The notes under the pieces: model-generated
The model's database searches: none
The model's input: only the letters and a program-made list of their open reading frames with translations
Told to the model about the DNA's origin: nothing
Shown here: piece after piece, positions 50,401 to 62,986 of the stretch
Position numbering within the stretch: position 1 is the first letter of the stretch
Layout of the letters: the number at the start of each line of letters is the position of its first letter
Position numbers and translations under genes: made by a program
From: Amphiscolops sp. MND2022
Lineage: Eukaryota
Reading direction: 5' to 3'
Length of the DNA stretch: 64,000 nt
Assembly: GCA_964187785.1 (NCBI GenBank)
Contig: OZ076409.1
Coordinates: forward strand, 67,954,001-68,018,000

Positions 50401-53055
50401 CCAAGTGCCAGCAGGTTGCGCACTTCCTGGTTGACACGTGCTGCTTTTTCAGGAGACTCGCGCCTGTCACTTTCACGGTGTGGCACAGAACCTGGTTCTA
50501 TATCTACCGGATGTTTGGCTATGGTGCATCGACCAATACAAGCTTTATGTTTCAAGAATAAGTCATCAAACTCAGTTAGGATGTTTTCTGAAGAAGTGCT
50601 GGCTTCGGAACCCCGTAAGTTCTTCACCTCCTGTAGCTGCGAGTCTGGTCACGGAATGGGAGCCATTAGCACTGGATCAAGGCAATTCCGCTTTCCCCGG
50701 TCTGAAAGGCCTTCCTCAGTACGATCTGTTGACGACAAAAACTCAAATTCTGATGACGAAGGTAAGTCTGATGCGAGTCAGTACTGAGATTATCTTCCTC
50801 ATAAAAATTATGAACAAAATCAACATGGTCTTTATTGACATCAGTTTTTGGTTTTGGGTTTTCCACCCGCTGGGGTATAGCTTGGTACACTAAGGGTACG
50901 GGTACCACAGTTCCCAAGTGGGTTTTGCTACGGAAACGTTGGGGGTTGCTCGTGAGGTTTATCACGCTGATAAAGACATGGCCTGACTCACTGACAGTGC
51001 CGACAGTCCTCTAAAAACATAACATTTTGTAGCCACGCGTCCACGAGCGCGGCGTTCAGCACTACATTTTGAAACACTAGTGGTTCCGAATTGATAGTGA
51101 CCACATTCGCTTTCGCGGCAGTGCGTTCAAAGGGTTGCAGCACCAGGTCGCTGTCTAGAGCGACGGGAACTGCTAAAGAAGTATCACCTACCTGGGTGTG
51201 GGCGTGGTGCCAGACTGGTTGAACTGGTGCGCGAACCACGATCTTCATCGATGTTAGGTCAACGAGGACCTGACAGGTTCGTAGAAAGTTGCGGCCTAGT
51301 AAGAAGTCCTCGTCTACTTTGCGTCATCCACCACTACGAAGCTTGTCTCTAGCTCGTACAGTCCTAATTGGAAGCGCACACGTTCCGCCGTTTTAAACGT
51401 TTTATTGGTTTTGTCTTTGGTTTAAAACTTTGGTAGGGTGTTAACACTGCTCCAGTCTGGATAGCGACTCGGTCAAAATAGACACTCCGGAACCAGTGTT
51501 GATCAAACCTCGCAGAGGGATCGGCGCCCCTTGGGGCACGATGAAGGAGACGACGAGCGATGCACGCTCGTCTATTCATGCTTTGCCGGTTGGTTCCTGG
51601 CGATTGATGTTGTAGCATTTAATCCCTCGTGGCCCCAGGCATTTCCCAGGAGAAAATACGTCCACTACTACGCATGCCTTGAACTTCACGTCGACGCCAT
51701 CCATCGTGGAACAACTGGGCACTGGAGAATACGTGGTCAATGTGTCTGATTCTCCTGGAACATACCATTCCTTTGGGCGATTAAGTTCTACTCTCTTGTA
51801 CAAGATGGAGAGTTTGACCCTGAGTTTGGCAAGGGTTACTGTCGGACGGCGCAGCTGCTCTGCGGCCAACACCAAGTGGATGGATATGAACGTTTTCGGG
51901 GTCGAAGGTCGTTGGCTCTAAGTGCGTTTGCACTTGTTTGGCACCGAAAGTTATAGTGAGGTGTGTACAAAATGCGGGTGGTTCCATGGAGTGGAATATC
52001 AACACGCGGTCGTCTTCTAACGGCACAGTATGGGCATCTGCACCAGCTGCCTCAACTTCCGCCCATCGGCCTTGAGCGAAATCATCACTCACAAAGTTTT
52101 TTATGCATTGTGAAGCCACGTGATCTACTAGACCACAATTGACGCAAAAGCGGACCCCGGAGCTATTCGCCACGACGTCTTCAGTAGTGGTTTTTACAGC
52201 TTCGGGCTCTGGCACCACAGCGGGTTTAGGAGCCTGATTCCGGGTAGGACAATCTTGGACAAAGTGACCCCTCTAGCCACAATTGAAACAGGCACATAGC
52301 GGCACGCGCACTGCTGGTGGTGGCGCCGCTGGGTTGGCAGATGCATTACTCAGAGGAGGTGGAGGAACTACTGCCTGCGGTAAGACCATTTTGTTTGGTG
52401 GCAATGGTACAAAAGGATGAGGCCTCGACCTCATGGCGTAGCGGGGATTATAGGGTTGTGAATGTTTGGGCCGCTTACGCTGTAGTTGCCGGGTGGTGAA
52501 TCGCAAAGATTCTACAGTGGGTGGGTCAGTTACGGTAGTTTCTGAGGCATAGATGATGAATAGTTCCCGTCGCAGCGTGGCGTCACAGACACCCTCAAAG
52601 AAGCGTTGCAGGATTTCGTAACGCTGGGTAGCGACGGGCGCATTAGGGAATCCCTGACTACGGAGCCCTTCCAAGGCGTGCAGGTACTGCATCCAGTCTT
52701 CTTTTTCGAATTGTTGTCGAGTGGCAAAAGCTCCAGTTCCAAAACGACTGACTAACAATTCGAATACCTTTTATTGCGTGTGTTCAGACTTCCAAGTGAC
52801 TAATGATGCTCGAAGCTCTGTCATCTGGAATCGCTTTGGCTTGCGTTCGTTGCAGATAACGGCGCAAGACCAGGATCCAGCCATCAACGGAACCTTCTTT
52901 TCCCCCCACTTTTCGGGTAAGGTATTCAGGTACTTCCAAAGAAATTTCGAAAAATTTGCCTTTTTGCACCTCTTTTTGTGCAGTACGTTTACGCTATTTT
53001 TCAAAAAATACTGCACCGATTGGCACGAAATTTGGTATGCGCTGCCAGTGAGCAA
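47420..53055 (-). pseudogene. Gypsy gag-pol (gag, 2 CCHC, protease, RT, RNase H, integrase), many frameshifts
   Basis: CFNCG*RGHFVQDC and CVNCGLVDHVASQC; LINTGSGVSIL and LLGRNFL; PFGMSNASATF and AYIDDIVI; LDTDAS; MQSDNA, HPRTQGLVER and WRGP. Domain order PR-RT-RH-IN. Confidence 0.95.
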
Positions 53056-54801
53056 CCAACAATGCTGGTTTAATGGTCCTATGAAAGCCCGCGAGCTTTC
53101 CTAGAGTTTCGACTGAGTACAAACATTATTTTGGCAAAAACAGTCTTTTTTGATACTTTTTTCACAAATTCGCTAAGAGGGTCGACACTACAAGTGTTAT
53201 GACAGGCAATGTAGGGTCAACGTGCTGCCCCACTACTCACAGCACTGCTGCGAGCCTTTAATCTGCCGTGCCCGTTAAGTAGGAGGCACTATCGGTCTTA
53301 CAGTTTTGGCTTTTTTCGGTTATTTCAGCTCTTTTTGATGTCAACACGTCAAAGAGTTTTTTTTCAATTTTAGTTAGTTCTAGTCTCATCAAATTTTAGG
53401 CTATAGCGTTTATTTTGATGGTGGTTACGAAAACGCAACCTATTTCCAGCTAGGGTTCAGAAATCAATGACCCGATCCTAACAACTAGACAGTCCGGTTT
53501 TGTGAATTTCTGGTCAAATTCTGTGCGTTTTTCCACTTTTCTCAGCACTGAATAGGCATTTTTACATGCGGTTATCATCACCACACGTTAATTGTACTAC
53601 AAAAAAAAGAAGAAGAGAGCGCACGAGCTCTCTCGTACAGTCTAAGGTTGCCTCTGCAGAATATTTTTATGTACTCTACAGGGTCCAAAAACGGCCAAAA
53701 TTACAAGACTTTTGCTTATCCGCGGCTTCGGGAGCAGCTAAGTTTGCTACAAAAACTAATTCATGTGCTCAAGGGTTGTGTTTGGCTCGAAAAATCACTT
53801 TACAACGGTCTCCCTCGCTTTTACACCAGGTTGCACCTGTGATATTGGGTGATTTTTTGCCAATGTTTCAACTTTTCGCATTTTTCACCTTAAATCACGT
53901 CTGTTGTACCTAAAAGAGCCACGGGAACAGTTTACCTTCATTTTTCCTGACTCCCTCAGGGCTCGAGGCTACTTTTGCCTAGTTTTAGCAAGGCTACGTT
54001 GGACTTACGGAGCACTCGTGCTCCAACCAAGGAAAACACCGAAAGACACGAAAAATTGCTGCTCTTTTTGCAAAAAATCTGTTTTCTTCGCTCAACAGCG
54101 CTCCATAGGGTGTCGTTACATTACAAAAAAGTTTCACTGACATGGCACCAACGATTCCGCAGAAAAATTTTAAAGTTTTCGCGAATCTTGACCCATCTGA
54201 GCGATACTTTTGGTCAAAGGGGAAGTGCCTTCGCCACGCAATTTGTCCACATCCAGACCAGCTAGAGACTTGCGGTTTGAACCGTTGGCACCGTCAGCAC
54301 TTGCACTCGCAAATTTCGTCCCTCTCGGACGTCTCCTCGAGAAAGAGGAAACAACGAACCATAGCACTCCTTTTCGTACCCCTATCGCTGTGGTGGAGTA
54401 TGGCATTTCCTCCATCAGCAACTGTCTTGCATGACTCAAAAAGCTGAAAATGGCTAGAAACACCTGTTAAACATCCGTAGCCACGCGCTACGGTAACGAT
54501 TACCTGCAAAACATGTACCCGCTGATGGGTTAACACATCCCAGCATCACAAAATACGCATTTATTGGTTTTACGGCCCGAAAATGCCATAATCACACCTG
54601 AAAATGTATCTTTCCTTGTTTTTCTGGGTCCATTCCGTTCCAGCTTCCAAGAATACTTGCAGTCGTTAAACAAGAGGTAAACTCTGGCTTCTCCTAGGAG
54701 TTGAAACTAGGCGCTAAACACCAGTGGGCTAGATTTTTAATAACCATGCAGGAAAGCTTCCCAAAGGCGATTCTCTGTTGTCGCCAATACATGATGTTCC
54801 A

Positions 54802-55512
54802 TGTAACGGCAAGCGCTGAGCGATTGTGTCGTAACATTGGAGTGAAGGAGCTGGTACCATGTATTAGGTCCGGGACAGACCACCTTGATATCAGCTCACT
54901 TTGTCCTCCTGAGGATAACCTAGCCCGAGGAGGGGGAACCCTCTCTAGGGACGCTCTCTGGCCTGATACAAGTCTGTAGCTGCTAAAAATCACAGGAATT
55001 TCGCTTTCTTCTCACAACCACTGCGTAAATAGCTAAAAAAACGACAAGGTAGTTCAGAACTGAAATTCACCAGTAGGAATCTCTGTAGAAGCACATTGTA
55101 GGACTAGCCCTCGAGCTGATAATTAATCAAACAAATAGGATAACTACTACACCAAAGTCCAGTTTTGGCGAAGTGCTTGGGCTTCCGGGAGCATGGCACC
55201 AGCGCTCGAGCTAGGCACAACCCCCGGGCACGGGTACTGCAATTAAGCCGTCATGCTGCTTTCCGGATGTCCGTCAAAACCATGATTCAGCAGGCAAACA
55301 CCGTGGATGTAGGCACTTTTGCTGTCTTTTTTGACCAATTCGTGCTTGGACATACGCTCTCTTTTTTGTCTCTCTTCGCCTGGTAACTCTTTTGCTGTCT
55401 TTCTATGATTGCTGCTGACAGGTACTCTGCCAAAACCATGTTCCATTGCCACGTCAGTTTTGAACGAATTTTTCAAAAATTTGCCAAAATTTCGTTGATC
55501 ATAGGATGACGT
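54802..55512 (-). repeat. 5' LTR (outer end disrupted by a MITE-like sequence)
   Basis: Starts tgtaacggcaagcgctgagc like 35947. Colinear with many substitutions and indels; breaks at gatgacgt a few nt before the expected gttaca. Confidence 0.85.
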
Positions 55513-55625
55513 GGGAACAAGACGTTTCGGCGACAGACGTGTCATTGGACGTTTCGGAGACAAAGTGGCGCCGAAACGTCTATTAACAGGGTGGGAGGAA
55601 AACCGTCGCCGAAATGTCTCTTCGT
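55513..55625. repeat. Small foldback/MITE-like repeat (gacgtttcggcgac / gtcgccgaaa(c/t)gtc)
   Basis: Two forward and two reverse copies of the motif. Confidence 0.6.
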
Positions 55626-57113
55626 AGGATGGGTGGATATATGAAGATTACAACATAAATTATCAGGAAACTTGGTTTTGCAAACATCATTTAGATGATA
55701 TCATTTAATAAGTATAAAACGTGCCTCGGATATGTCCCCATTTCCTCTAGTGCCCCGCAGCCCCTTGGGGCCGCTTATGTTCCCATCTTGCTAAGCGAGG
55801 TCGAAGGATTCGGATTCAATTCTGGATCTGAATGACAGTTTGGAATCGAAAATAAACTTATGGTACCTAGACGATGGAAATTTAAGTGATGATTACCGAA
55901 CCGTTCTGAAAAATCTCAAAAAAAATTGTTGAAGCGGAAAAAACGCTAGGACTCAAAATTAAACCCACGAAATGTGATTTTATCCCTGGTGACATCGCTG
56001 AAAAACGACGATCGACAAGTTTAACATTTTTCCAAAAACTTTGCCCCGGGATCAAAACAACAAAAAAAGATGAACTTATCATTCTTGGTTCACCGCTCGG
56101 CCCGAAATCACAAGCAGACTTATTGGAAAAGAAAATTAATGAACTGGAAAAAGTTAACGGAATTGTTGGAAAACTAGATGCGCTCTATGGTTTTTTTGTG
56201 TTGAAAAATTGCTTCAGTTTGCCGAAGTTGTTGTACTTCCTGAGAACCAGTACATATTTTAATTATCCAGCTCTCTTGGAGAAATATGACAAAACCGTGC
56301 GCGACGGGCTCTCCAAAGTCTGTAACGTGAACGTCGACGATATTTCGAGCACTCAGCTGGCTCTGCCTGCTGCTGAGATGGGTGGTCTTGTGGTTTCATC
56401 CGCATCTTTTTTAGCACTTCCGCCTTTTTTGGCCTCAGCTTTTTTTGGTGCAACTGACTTTCTCACGACGATTTTCTCGGAAACATTCGAAGATGTTTCA
56501 TTTACAAAAGCGCTTGAGAAATAGTTGAGTTTGACGAATGAACAGGAAAGTCCTCTCGATGAAACCCAGAAAAATTGGACACAACCTGTCTTCGTCAAAA
56601 CCGTCCAAGATTTGATTTCTAGGATGGACGACAAACGTTTGAAAGTTTTCAACGCTCATCAAGGTAAACTCGGGTCTCAATGGCTGAACGTCGTTCCTTG
56701 CAGGAATTTAGGCCTGAAACTTGATGGTCAGCAACTTCGAATTCCAATTGGCTGGCGTCTCGGTGCCAACATCTGCGTTGCGCATACGTGCCACTGTGGT
56801 AAAAGAGTTGAACGGGACGGTTTACACGGTCTTTCGTGCACCATGTGTTCGTTTCTCACGTCATGCTACTCTCAATTCTCTCATTCAGCAGACGTTGGGA
56901 TCTCTCGACTTCCCTTCAATGCTCGAACCACGTGGACTGTACCGAACTGATGGCAAACGCCCAGACGGTGTTACCATGATTCCTTGGGAAATGGGTAAAC
57001 AGCTGGTGTGGGATGTCATAGTTGTGGATGCTCTTGCACCCAGTCGCCTGAATCAAGGCTCTTTATGCAACCGTGGAACCACCGCCACCGAGGCTGAAGC
57101 GCGTAAAATTGAG

Positions 57114-57618
57114 GGAGTGTACGCATTTGATCTAATTGCTTGGGTCTAATGGAATTAGATCTAACTGTTAGGTCTAACTTCCAGATCTAATTTTATCTAA
57201 AATACTTAGGTCTAACCCCTTTATGATCTAATATGTGTTCTGAAAGCGAAAATATAATGTGGGGCATATGCGATGTATGCACGCTTGTCCTTACCGTCGC
57301 AAAGACCAGCTCCCGCTACGATCGCTTCGCGATCTCCGTTCCCGCTAGATCTTTGCTCCTGTTCGACCTCGCTTAGCAAGATGGGAATATAAGCGGTCCC
57401 AAGGGGCCGCGGGGCACTGCAGAAAATGGGGACATATCCGAGGCACGTTTTATACTTTATATCTCTTTTTAGTTTTAGATCCTAATTGACTTATTTTTTT
57501 CTCAAATTAGATCAAATAAGAAGAGCTTTTTAGGCCTGATTATTTAGATCAATTTATTTAGATTTCAAATTTGCCCCCTCTTTTACATCTATTTCATTAG
57601 ACCTGATTCTACGTAGCT
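57114..57618. mobile_element. gatcta/ggtcta-rich MITE-like insertion in CRE copy 2, itself containing a nested repeat
   Basis: Interrupts ARKIE/KYRE and is flanked by aaaattgag / aaaatgag. Its 57360-57455 segment is an inverted copy of 55705-55805. Confidence 0.65.
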
Positions 57619-57992
57619 AAAATGAGAAGTATCGCGAATTAATAGACAAGGGATACATTTTTCAGTCGGTGGCCTTGGAAGTACAGGATTCTTTAGGCGA
57701 GAGCTGTGAAATTTTCATCACGTGTTTCTGTAAAATGCTCTGTCGTTCGCACGACGATTAACGAGCCGGCAGCTTTTTGATGCAACGGATTTCAATGGTT
57801 CTTCAGATCGGCAATGCGGCCTGTGTTCTGGGAACTGTGAGCGACAGAGATGCGTTCGAAGAATTTTATTACATATAACCTAATTTTTTTACCTTTATAT
57901 CATAGCAGCTTTAAAAAAAATTCTTCCGGTCGACTGCATAAACGCTGGTTTGAGTAATTGTCGGTTGTTTTTTTTTGTTATTGGTATAGTGG

Positions 57993-58252
57993 GGATTGCA
58001 TGAAATGGGTCGAATGAAATAGGTCGAAAAGAATTAGGTCGACCCTTTTGGTCGAATAACTTAGGTCGAATTGACTGAGGTCGAATTGGGTCGAATGGAC
58101 TTGGGTCGAAATCAATATGTTGTCTCCCTTGAACTTGGCATTTTTCAAGGTCGACCCAAGTCCATTCGACCCAATTCCGAAACGGTGAAGATTCGACCCA
58201 TGGCACAGGAGGCCGATTCGACCCATTTCTTTCGACCCATTTCCGTTCACCC
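57993..58252. mobile_element. Mutator-like gtcgaa MITE with 9-bp TSD in the CRE 3' UTR
   Basis: TSD gtatagtgg (57984-57992, 58253-58261) and TIR core gaaatgggtcgaa; absent from CRE copies 1 and 3. Confidence 0.85.
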
Positions 58253-58754
58253 GTATAGTGGCTGGTATGTGGTTCCCTACTTTCGTTGCAGACCACGGGT
58301 GTGTCTTCTCCCCACAACATGATGATACACATGGCACTTGATTGATGACGAAGATCCATGATATCTGATAGAGGTTAAAAAAACGATAATCCACTTCTCC
58401 TTAGTAAAAGGGAATTTACTTCGGATATAACGTTAAAAGTTCGGATGTAGCGTGCTGGGACAAATAGGAGCGCTTGTTTCGAACCTACACCTCCTCTTTT
58501 GTGAAACACAATATAGTTCGGGTATAATGTCGAAATTCAGATATAGAGCAATAATTTCGAACCTCCACCTCGTTTTAGTTAAACGCAGATTACTTCGGGT
58601 ATGACGTCAAAAGTTTGGATAGACCTTTTGAGAAAACCTAATGCTTGTCGAAAAATTTTAGTCTCATGTTGCCGAAAATGGTGAAAAGGGGACCCTTTGG
58701 CTTTTTTAAACAATCAATTTGTTTCGAAATTCAAGGTGGGACCCTTTGGAGTTT

Positions 58755-59048
58755 TTTTCCTCTATCAGATATCATGGATCTTCGTCTTCAATTAAGTGCC
58801 ATGTGTATCATCATGTTGGGGGGAGAAGACACACACCCGTGATCTGCAACGAAAGTAGGGAACCCCATACCAGCCACTATACCAGTAGACCAGTAAAAAA
58901 AACAACCAACAAACTACTCAAACCAGCCACTATGCAGTCGACCGGTGGAATTTTTTTTATACTGCTTTGATATAAAGGTCAAAAAAATTAGGCTGTATGA
59001 AATGAATTTCTTCGAACGCATCTGTCGCTCACAGTTCCTAGAACACAG
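58755..59048 (-). mobile_element. CRE 3'-end fragment, copy 3, inside a family A element
   Basis: tttcctctatcagatatcatggatcttcgtc...gtcgctcacagttcctagaacacagg matches 32890-33195. Confidence 0.85.
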
Positions 59049-59180
59049 GTCTCCCTTTGGAGACGTTAAAAAAACTTCGAAAGTCTCAGTGCCGAAAAAA
59101 AGTGAAAGAGGGGCCCTTTAGTCTCGTCCGGTTTTGTATATTACTATAACAACCCAAGCTCGACATGATTGTGAGAAAAT

Positions 59181-59260
59181 AGCCATTACAGGACTCGAAC
59201 CTGCATCTCAAGACAGATCTAGCTAGCAGTCAAGCGCCTTAACCCTTAGACCAAATGGCT
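59181..59260 (-). pseudogene. tRNA-Ser(GCT)-like sequence inside a foldback insertion
   Basis: Perfect 7-bp acceptor stem AGCCATT/AATGGCT, GGTTAAGGCG D region, CTGCTA loop, paired long variable arm ATCT/AGAT and T arm GCAGGTTCGAGTCCTGT; the anticodon stem is defective. Confidence 0.65.
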
Positions 59261-59531
59261 TATTTAATCTCACCAATCATTCGACTTATCACTAACAACG
59301 CCGTTGTTATATTACGTTAAACGGGAAAAACGGTATAGAAGGAGACCCTTTACAATAAATTAGTTTCTGAGGTATTCGTTTAGTTGGACAATTTAGAATT
59401 TTGTCGCATTTGCACCTGTGTTAAAGAAAAACGAAGACGAGTGACTAATAGTCGGGCACTTTTATTCGATAAAAGCACCGATTAGAAACGCTAAGCGAAC
59501 TTCACTTTCCACTTTGTAATCTGTGATTTTT

Positions 59532-60329
59532 CGGTGTCGGGCCACAAGTCCGAAAGAATAAAATTAATTTTTTATCGTCAATTAAGATTTCAGAAATCCA
59601 GCGCAAGAAATGTACTTAGCACTGTATAATTCTCTGCAATTTGATTGGCTGACGCGGGCGGACCGGAACCAAGTCCGTTCAAAGAATTTAAAAAATGAAT
59701 TTTTTAATTTCCCCTAGTCAGCTACGTTCACATGCAGGAGCGAAGCGAAGCAGAGTGACGTGCCATATGGCCATGCCTCAATGTTGTTACTTGGCGAAGG
59801 GAGCGAAGCGACCGAGCCATACAACAGATATGCTAACCTCTTTAAGGAAATGAATTTATTTAATGACCTTTTTTGGTCGCCTTAGTGAACCGTCGGCTTT
59901 GTGCACCGCCCCCATCGTATTGATCTATTGTTTGTATTTCAGTAACTTTCAACTTGACTTTCATATAATGTGCAAAAATGTCACAGTGACCACAAGCCGA
60001 AGGCCATGAAAGGCGAAAGAAACAATCGGCTTCTTATTCCGTTAATTATTTTATTCCAGCTTGTATATAATGTTTTGATCTTATTGGGTAGTTTCATAAG
60101 ATTAATTTTCATTGGAAAACTATTTTCCAGTAAGTGCTTTTTGACAAGGTGTTTGATCTTTACAGTGCCGATTTTTCCTACAGACCATTGACCTCACGTA
60201 GTAGTCAACTGTGTATATATACAAACATACAACAAATATGAACGTATTTTTTTTCGGACTTGTGCAACCCAAATTTATTTTCGGACTTGTGCAACCCAAA
60301 TTTATTTTCGGACTTGTGAATAGCCGCCG
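59532..60329. mobile_element. MITE-like element with cacaagtccgaaa / tttcggacttgtg inverted ends and a ~27-bp tandem at the right end
   Basis: Inverted motif at ~59545 and repeated at 60250-60320; no clear TSD. Confidence 0.45.
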
Positions 60330-61157
60330 ATTTTTCTGCAGAAAGTGCTCAAATTTTTATGCCTGATTTAGCCGCAACAAACGAGTCAGATTTTCTGTAT
60401 GTCCGCGTTCATTTTAGTTTCGATTCTGTCAAATTGTTGGATTTTTTTTCGTAAATTTCAGTTTTCGGCTTCAGCACAGTTCTAATTTACCGTCAGAATT
60501 TCAACTAAAGTTCCAAGTTGAGTTGAAACAATTCAATTGTTTTTGAAAACAATTAATCGGACGCCCCTGATTCCCTGTTGTCTCACTCAAACGATACATC
60601 GTTTCGCCGTATCTTTTAAAAACTCCTTTTGCAAGCACGAAGTCTATGTTGATGATTAATTTTTAATGACCATTCTTCGATTTACGGTACCTCTTCTCGT
60701 GGAAAGCACGCATGAGAAAATTTTGGGATCGCCGCTACAAGCAGGTGTTTTTTAATTTATTTTTACTCGAATACTTTGTTTTGGCTTGCGTTGCGAATTT
60801 ATTGCCGTAAAACTACCAACAAGCACGTGTCACCTTCATTTTCAGCGTTACCTACTGCCTGGTTGATGCTTTTATCGCAAGTGAATGAATTTAGTGTGCT
60901 TCTATCTCAAAATACTTTTAGGTTAGATAACTGTTTTTTCTTATTTCCCCAATTCATTCGTGTCAAAAGACCACCCACAACTGGAAGTTTGTCATATTCA
61001 TTTGTTGAGTTTAATCAATTTCTAGTTGCAGTGAATATCTCAAGAGCTTTCTAATGAAGGTGGTTGCATTTATCACGTGATTCCTGAAGGCAGTATTAGA
61101 AATCGATTAAAGTGATGTTCATCGATTATTATGGCTTTAGGCCGATTATAGTTGCAG

Positions 61158-61347
61158 TGTTTATTTAATTTGCTTCCTTCCTCTGCATTTGAAGTATTTC
61201 AAATATTGACAATTGTTGCAGTTTCGATATGGCCCTACTCCGCTGAGACAGCCTGCAACCCAACCTGTGTAACCGGAAATGGCTTCTGTGATCCTTCTAA
61301 CGTGTGCAGATGTATGCCTGGCTGGGATGGTGTAGATTGTGGAACAG
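61158..61347 (+). CDS. Secreted EGF-repeat protein, exon with signal-peptide-like segment plus EGF domain
   Basis: VFQILTIVAVSIWPYSAETA then CNPTCVTGNGFCDPSNVCRCMPGWDGVDC; donor CAG|GTATGA (phase 1). The 5' boundary is uncertain (acceptor 61157 or ~61194). Confidence 0.75.
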
Positions 61348-61637
61348 GTATGACGCAAATCCCTGGTTGTCGCAGAAGGCCACTAGAGAAATACTTGTAT
61401 CCTCCTTGATAGAACCTTTGTTATACCCTTAATCGGGTTCCAAATTGTATTTCAAAACCTCACAACATGCGAAATATTCTCAATTTTTTCTATTGCAAAA
61501 ACTAATTTACATCGTCTCAACTTGATACTTAGTCAAAAATTCTGTAATTTAAAGAAAGTTTGTTTTTAGTGATGTTAAATAGCAGTTTAGCAAGAACTGG
61601 TGAGCTAAAACCCTGCCAGCTGGTGTTTCAAGACTTA

Positions 61638-62117
61638 TTAATATTTCTGCTTTAGCAGGAATGTTATTGTAACCTCAAAGTTGGTCCTTTTTTTTTTCAG
61701 TCGTCAAATTTCGTCCTACTGAATAATTCAGATATTTTGTTCGGCAGTGAGTGTAAGCGTGGGAAAGCTGCCGACAACAATTCAATTCTAGTGCGATAGA
61801 ACGAGCGAGTGGTAATTATCCATTCGTATGCTGACGTCATTGAGATGAAGCGAATGAGTGTTAATTATTCGTTCGTTGAGAGCTTCGCCTGCATTCAAAT
61901 GCGAATGCGAAACTTCGTCTACGCTTAGTTATATTTTCTTTAGTCCGAGAAGAATTAAAGGCGGTGTAAACTTGTACAGTGATTAATTGTGCTCTAAGTA
62001 ATGATTAAACAGGAGTGTATTGGTATTCCAGATATGATTCTTTTATTAATGATTTTTTGTTTTAAAAAAATAAAGATTAAAGCAGAAATAGTACTGAGCC
62101 CCGGAGGGGCCTATTTT
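61638..62117 (+). mobile_element. HINE-like family C, copy 1
   Basis: Subterminal IR atttctgcttta / taaagcagaaat, adjacent partial IR agcaggaat, and 3' hairpin gccccggaggggc followed by T-run. Confidence 0.7.
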
Positions 62118-62379
62118 CATAGTAAACCGCATCCTTCAGCGAAAATTAAATTCGGTTCAAAATGATGCATCGATGTTTTTTCTGCACATATTTAACATGG
62201 GAATGCAACGCGTTCAACCCCTCCTTAAGTTTTGCTGTTTCAATTTGATACTCAAAAGTTCTTCCACAATATTCTACGAAGTGCAATTTTGATCCGTATA
62301 TGTATCGTAAGATATTTGAATTTTTTTCGTAAAAATATGAACTAAAATATAAATATTACTAAAATGATTTTTCCCGTTT

Positions 62380-62858
62380 TTAATATTTCTGCTTTAGCAG
62401 GAATGTTATTGTAACCTCAAAGTTGGTCCTTTTTTTTTCAGTCGTCAAATTTCGTCCTACTGAATAATTCAGATATTTTGTTCGGCAGTGAGTGTAAGCG
62501 TGGGAAAGCTGCCGACAACAATTCAATTCTAGTGCGATAGAACGAGCGAGTGGTAATTATCCATTCGTATGCTGACGTCATTGAGATGAAGCGAATGAGT
62601 GTTAATTATTCGTTCGTTGAGAGCTTCGCCTGCATTCAAATGCGAATGCGAAACTTCGTCTACGCTTAGTTATATTTTCTTTAGTCCGAGAAGAATTAAA
62701 GGCGGTGTAAACTTGTACAGTGATTAATTGTGCTCTAAGTAATGATTAAACAGGAGTGTATTGGTATTCCAGATATGATTCTTTTATTAATGATTTTTTG
62801 TTTTAAAAAAATAAAGATTAAAGCAGAAATAGTACTGAGCCCCGGAGGGGCCTATTTT
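62380..62858 (+). mobile_element. HINE-like family C, copy 2 (apparently identical to copy 1)
   Basis: No differences from 61638-62117 noticed by eye. Confidence 0.75.
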
Positions 62859-62986
62859 ATGCAATTTTGTACAAGTTTTGAAAGCTTCCGTGAGTATGAA
62901 TACCCACATAGTTAAATGACAAACTACTTTGCTACTTAACATGGAACAGTGTCTCAGAAAGAGCCAAAAATGTGAAAATGTTGTAG

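Larger units (their letters stand above)
35947..55512 (-). mobile_element. Putative ~19.5-kb Gypsy LTR retroelement with accessory ORFs (decayed)
   Basis: Two ~0.7-kb direct repeats bracket a minus-strand gag-pol. A polypurine tract abuts the left repeat. All recognised internal ORFs are co-oriented. Confidence 0.65.
55809..58383 (+). mobile_element. CRE-clade non-LTR retrotransposon, 5'-truncated copy 2 with nested insertions
   Basis: WYLDDGNL, LPKLLYFLRTS, CHCG..GLHGLSC and EPRGLYRTDGKRPDGVTMIPWEMGKQLVWDV; reverse complement of copy 1. Confidence 0.9.

Noticed and set aside
55513..55625. gacgtttcg / cgaaacgtc motifs as a Penelope-type hammerhead
   Set aside because: No CUGANGA core; explained as a foldback MITE-like repeat.
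60245..60320. Short direct repeats as a CRISPR array (also 1575-1670 and 9045-9140)
   Set aside because: No unique spacers, no cas genes, eukaryotic context; these are simple tandem repeats.
61131..61151. In-frame ATG followed by TAG just before the EGF exon (possible readthrough or alternative code)
   Set aside because: More simply intronic; acceptors lie just downstream, and nothing else in the window suggests a non-standard code.
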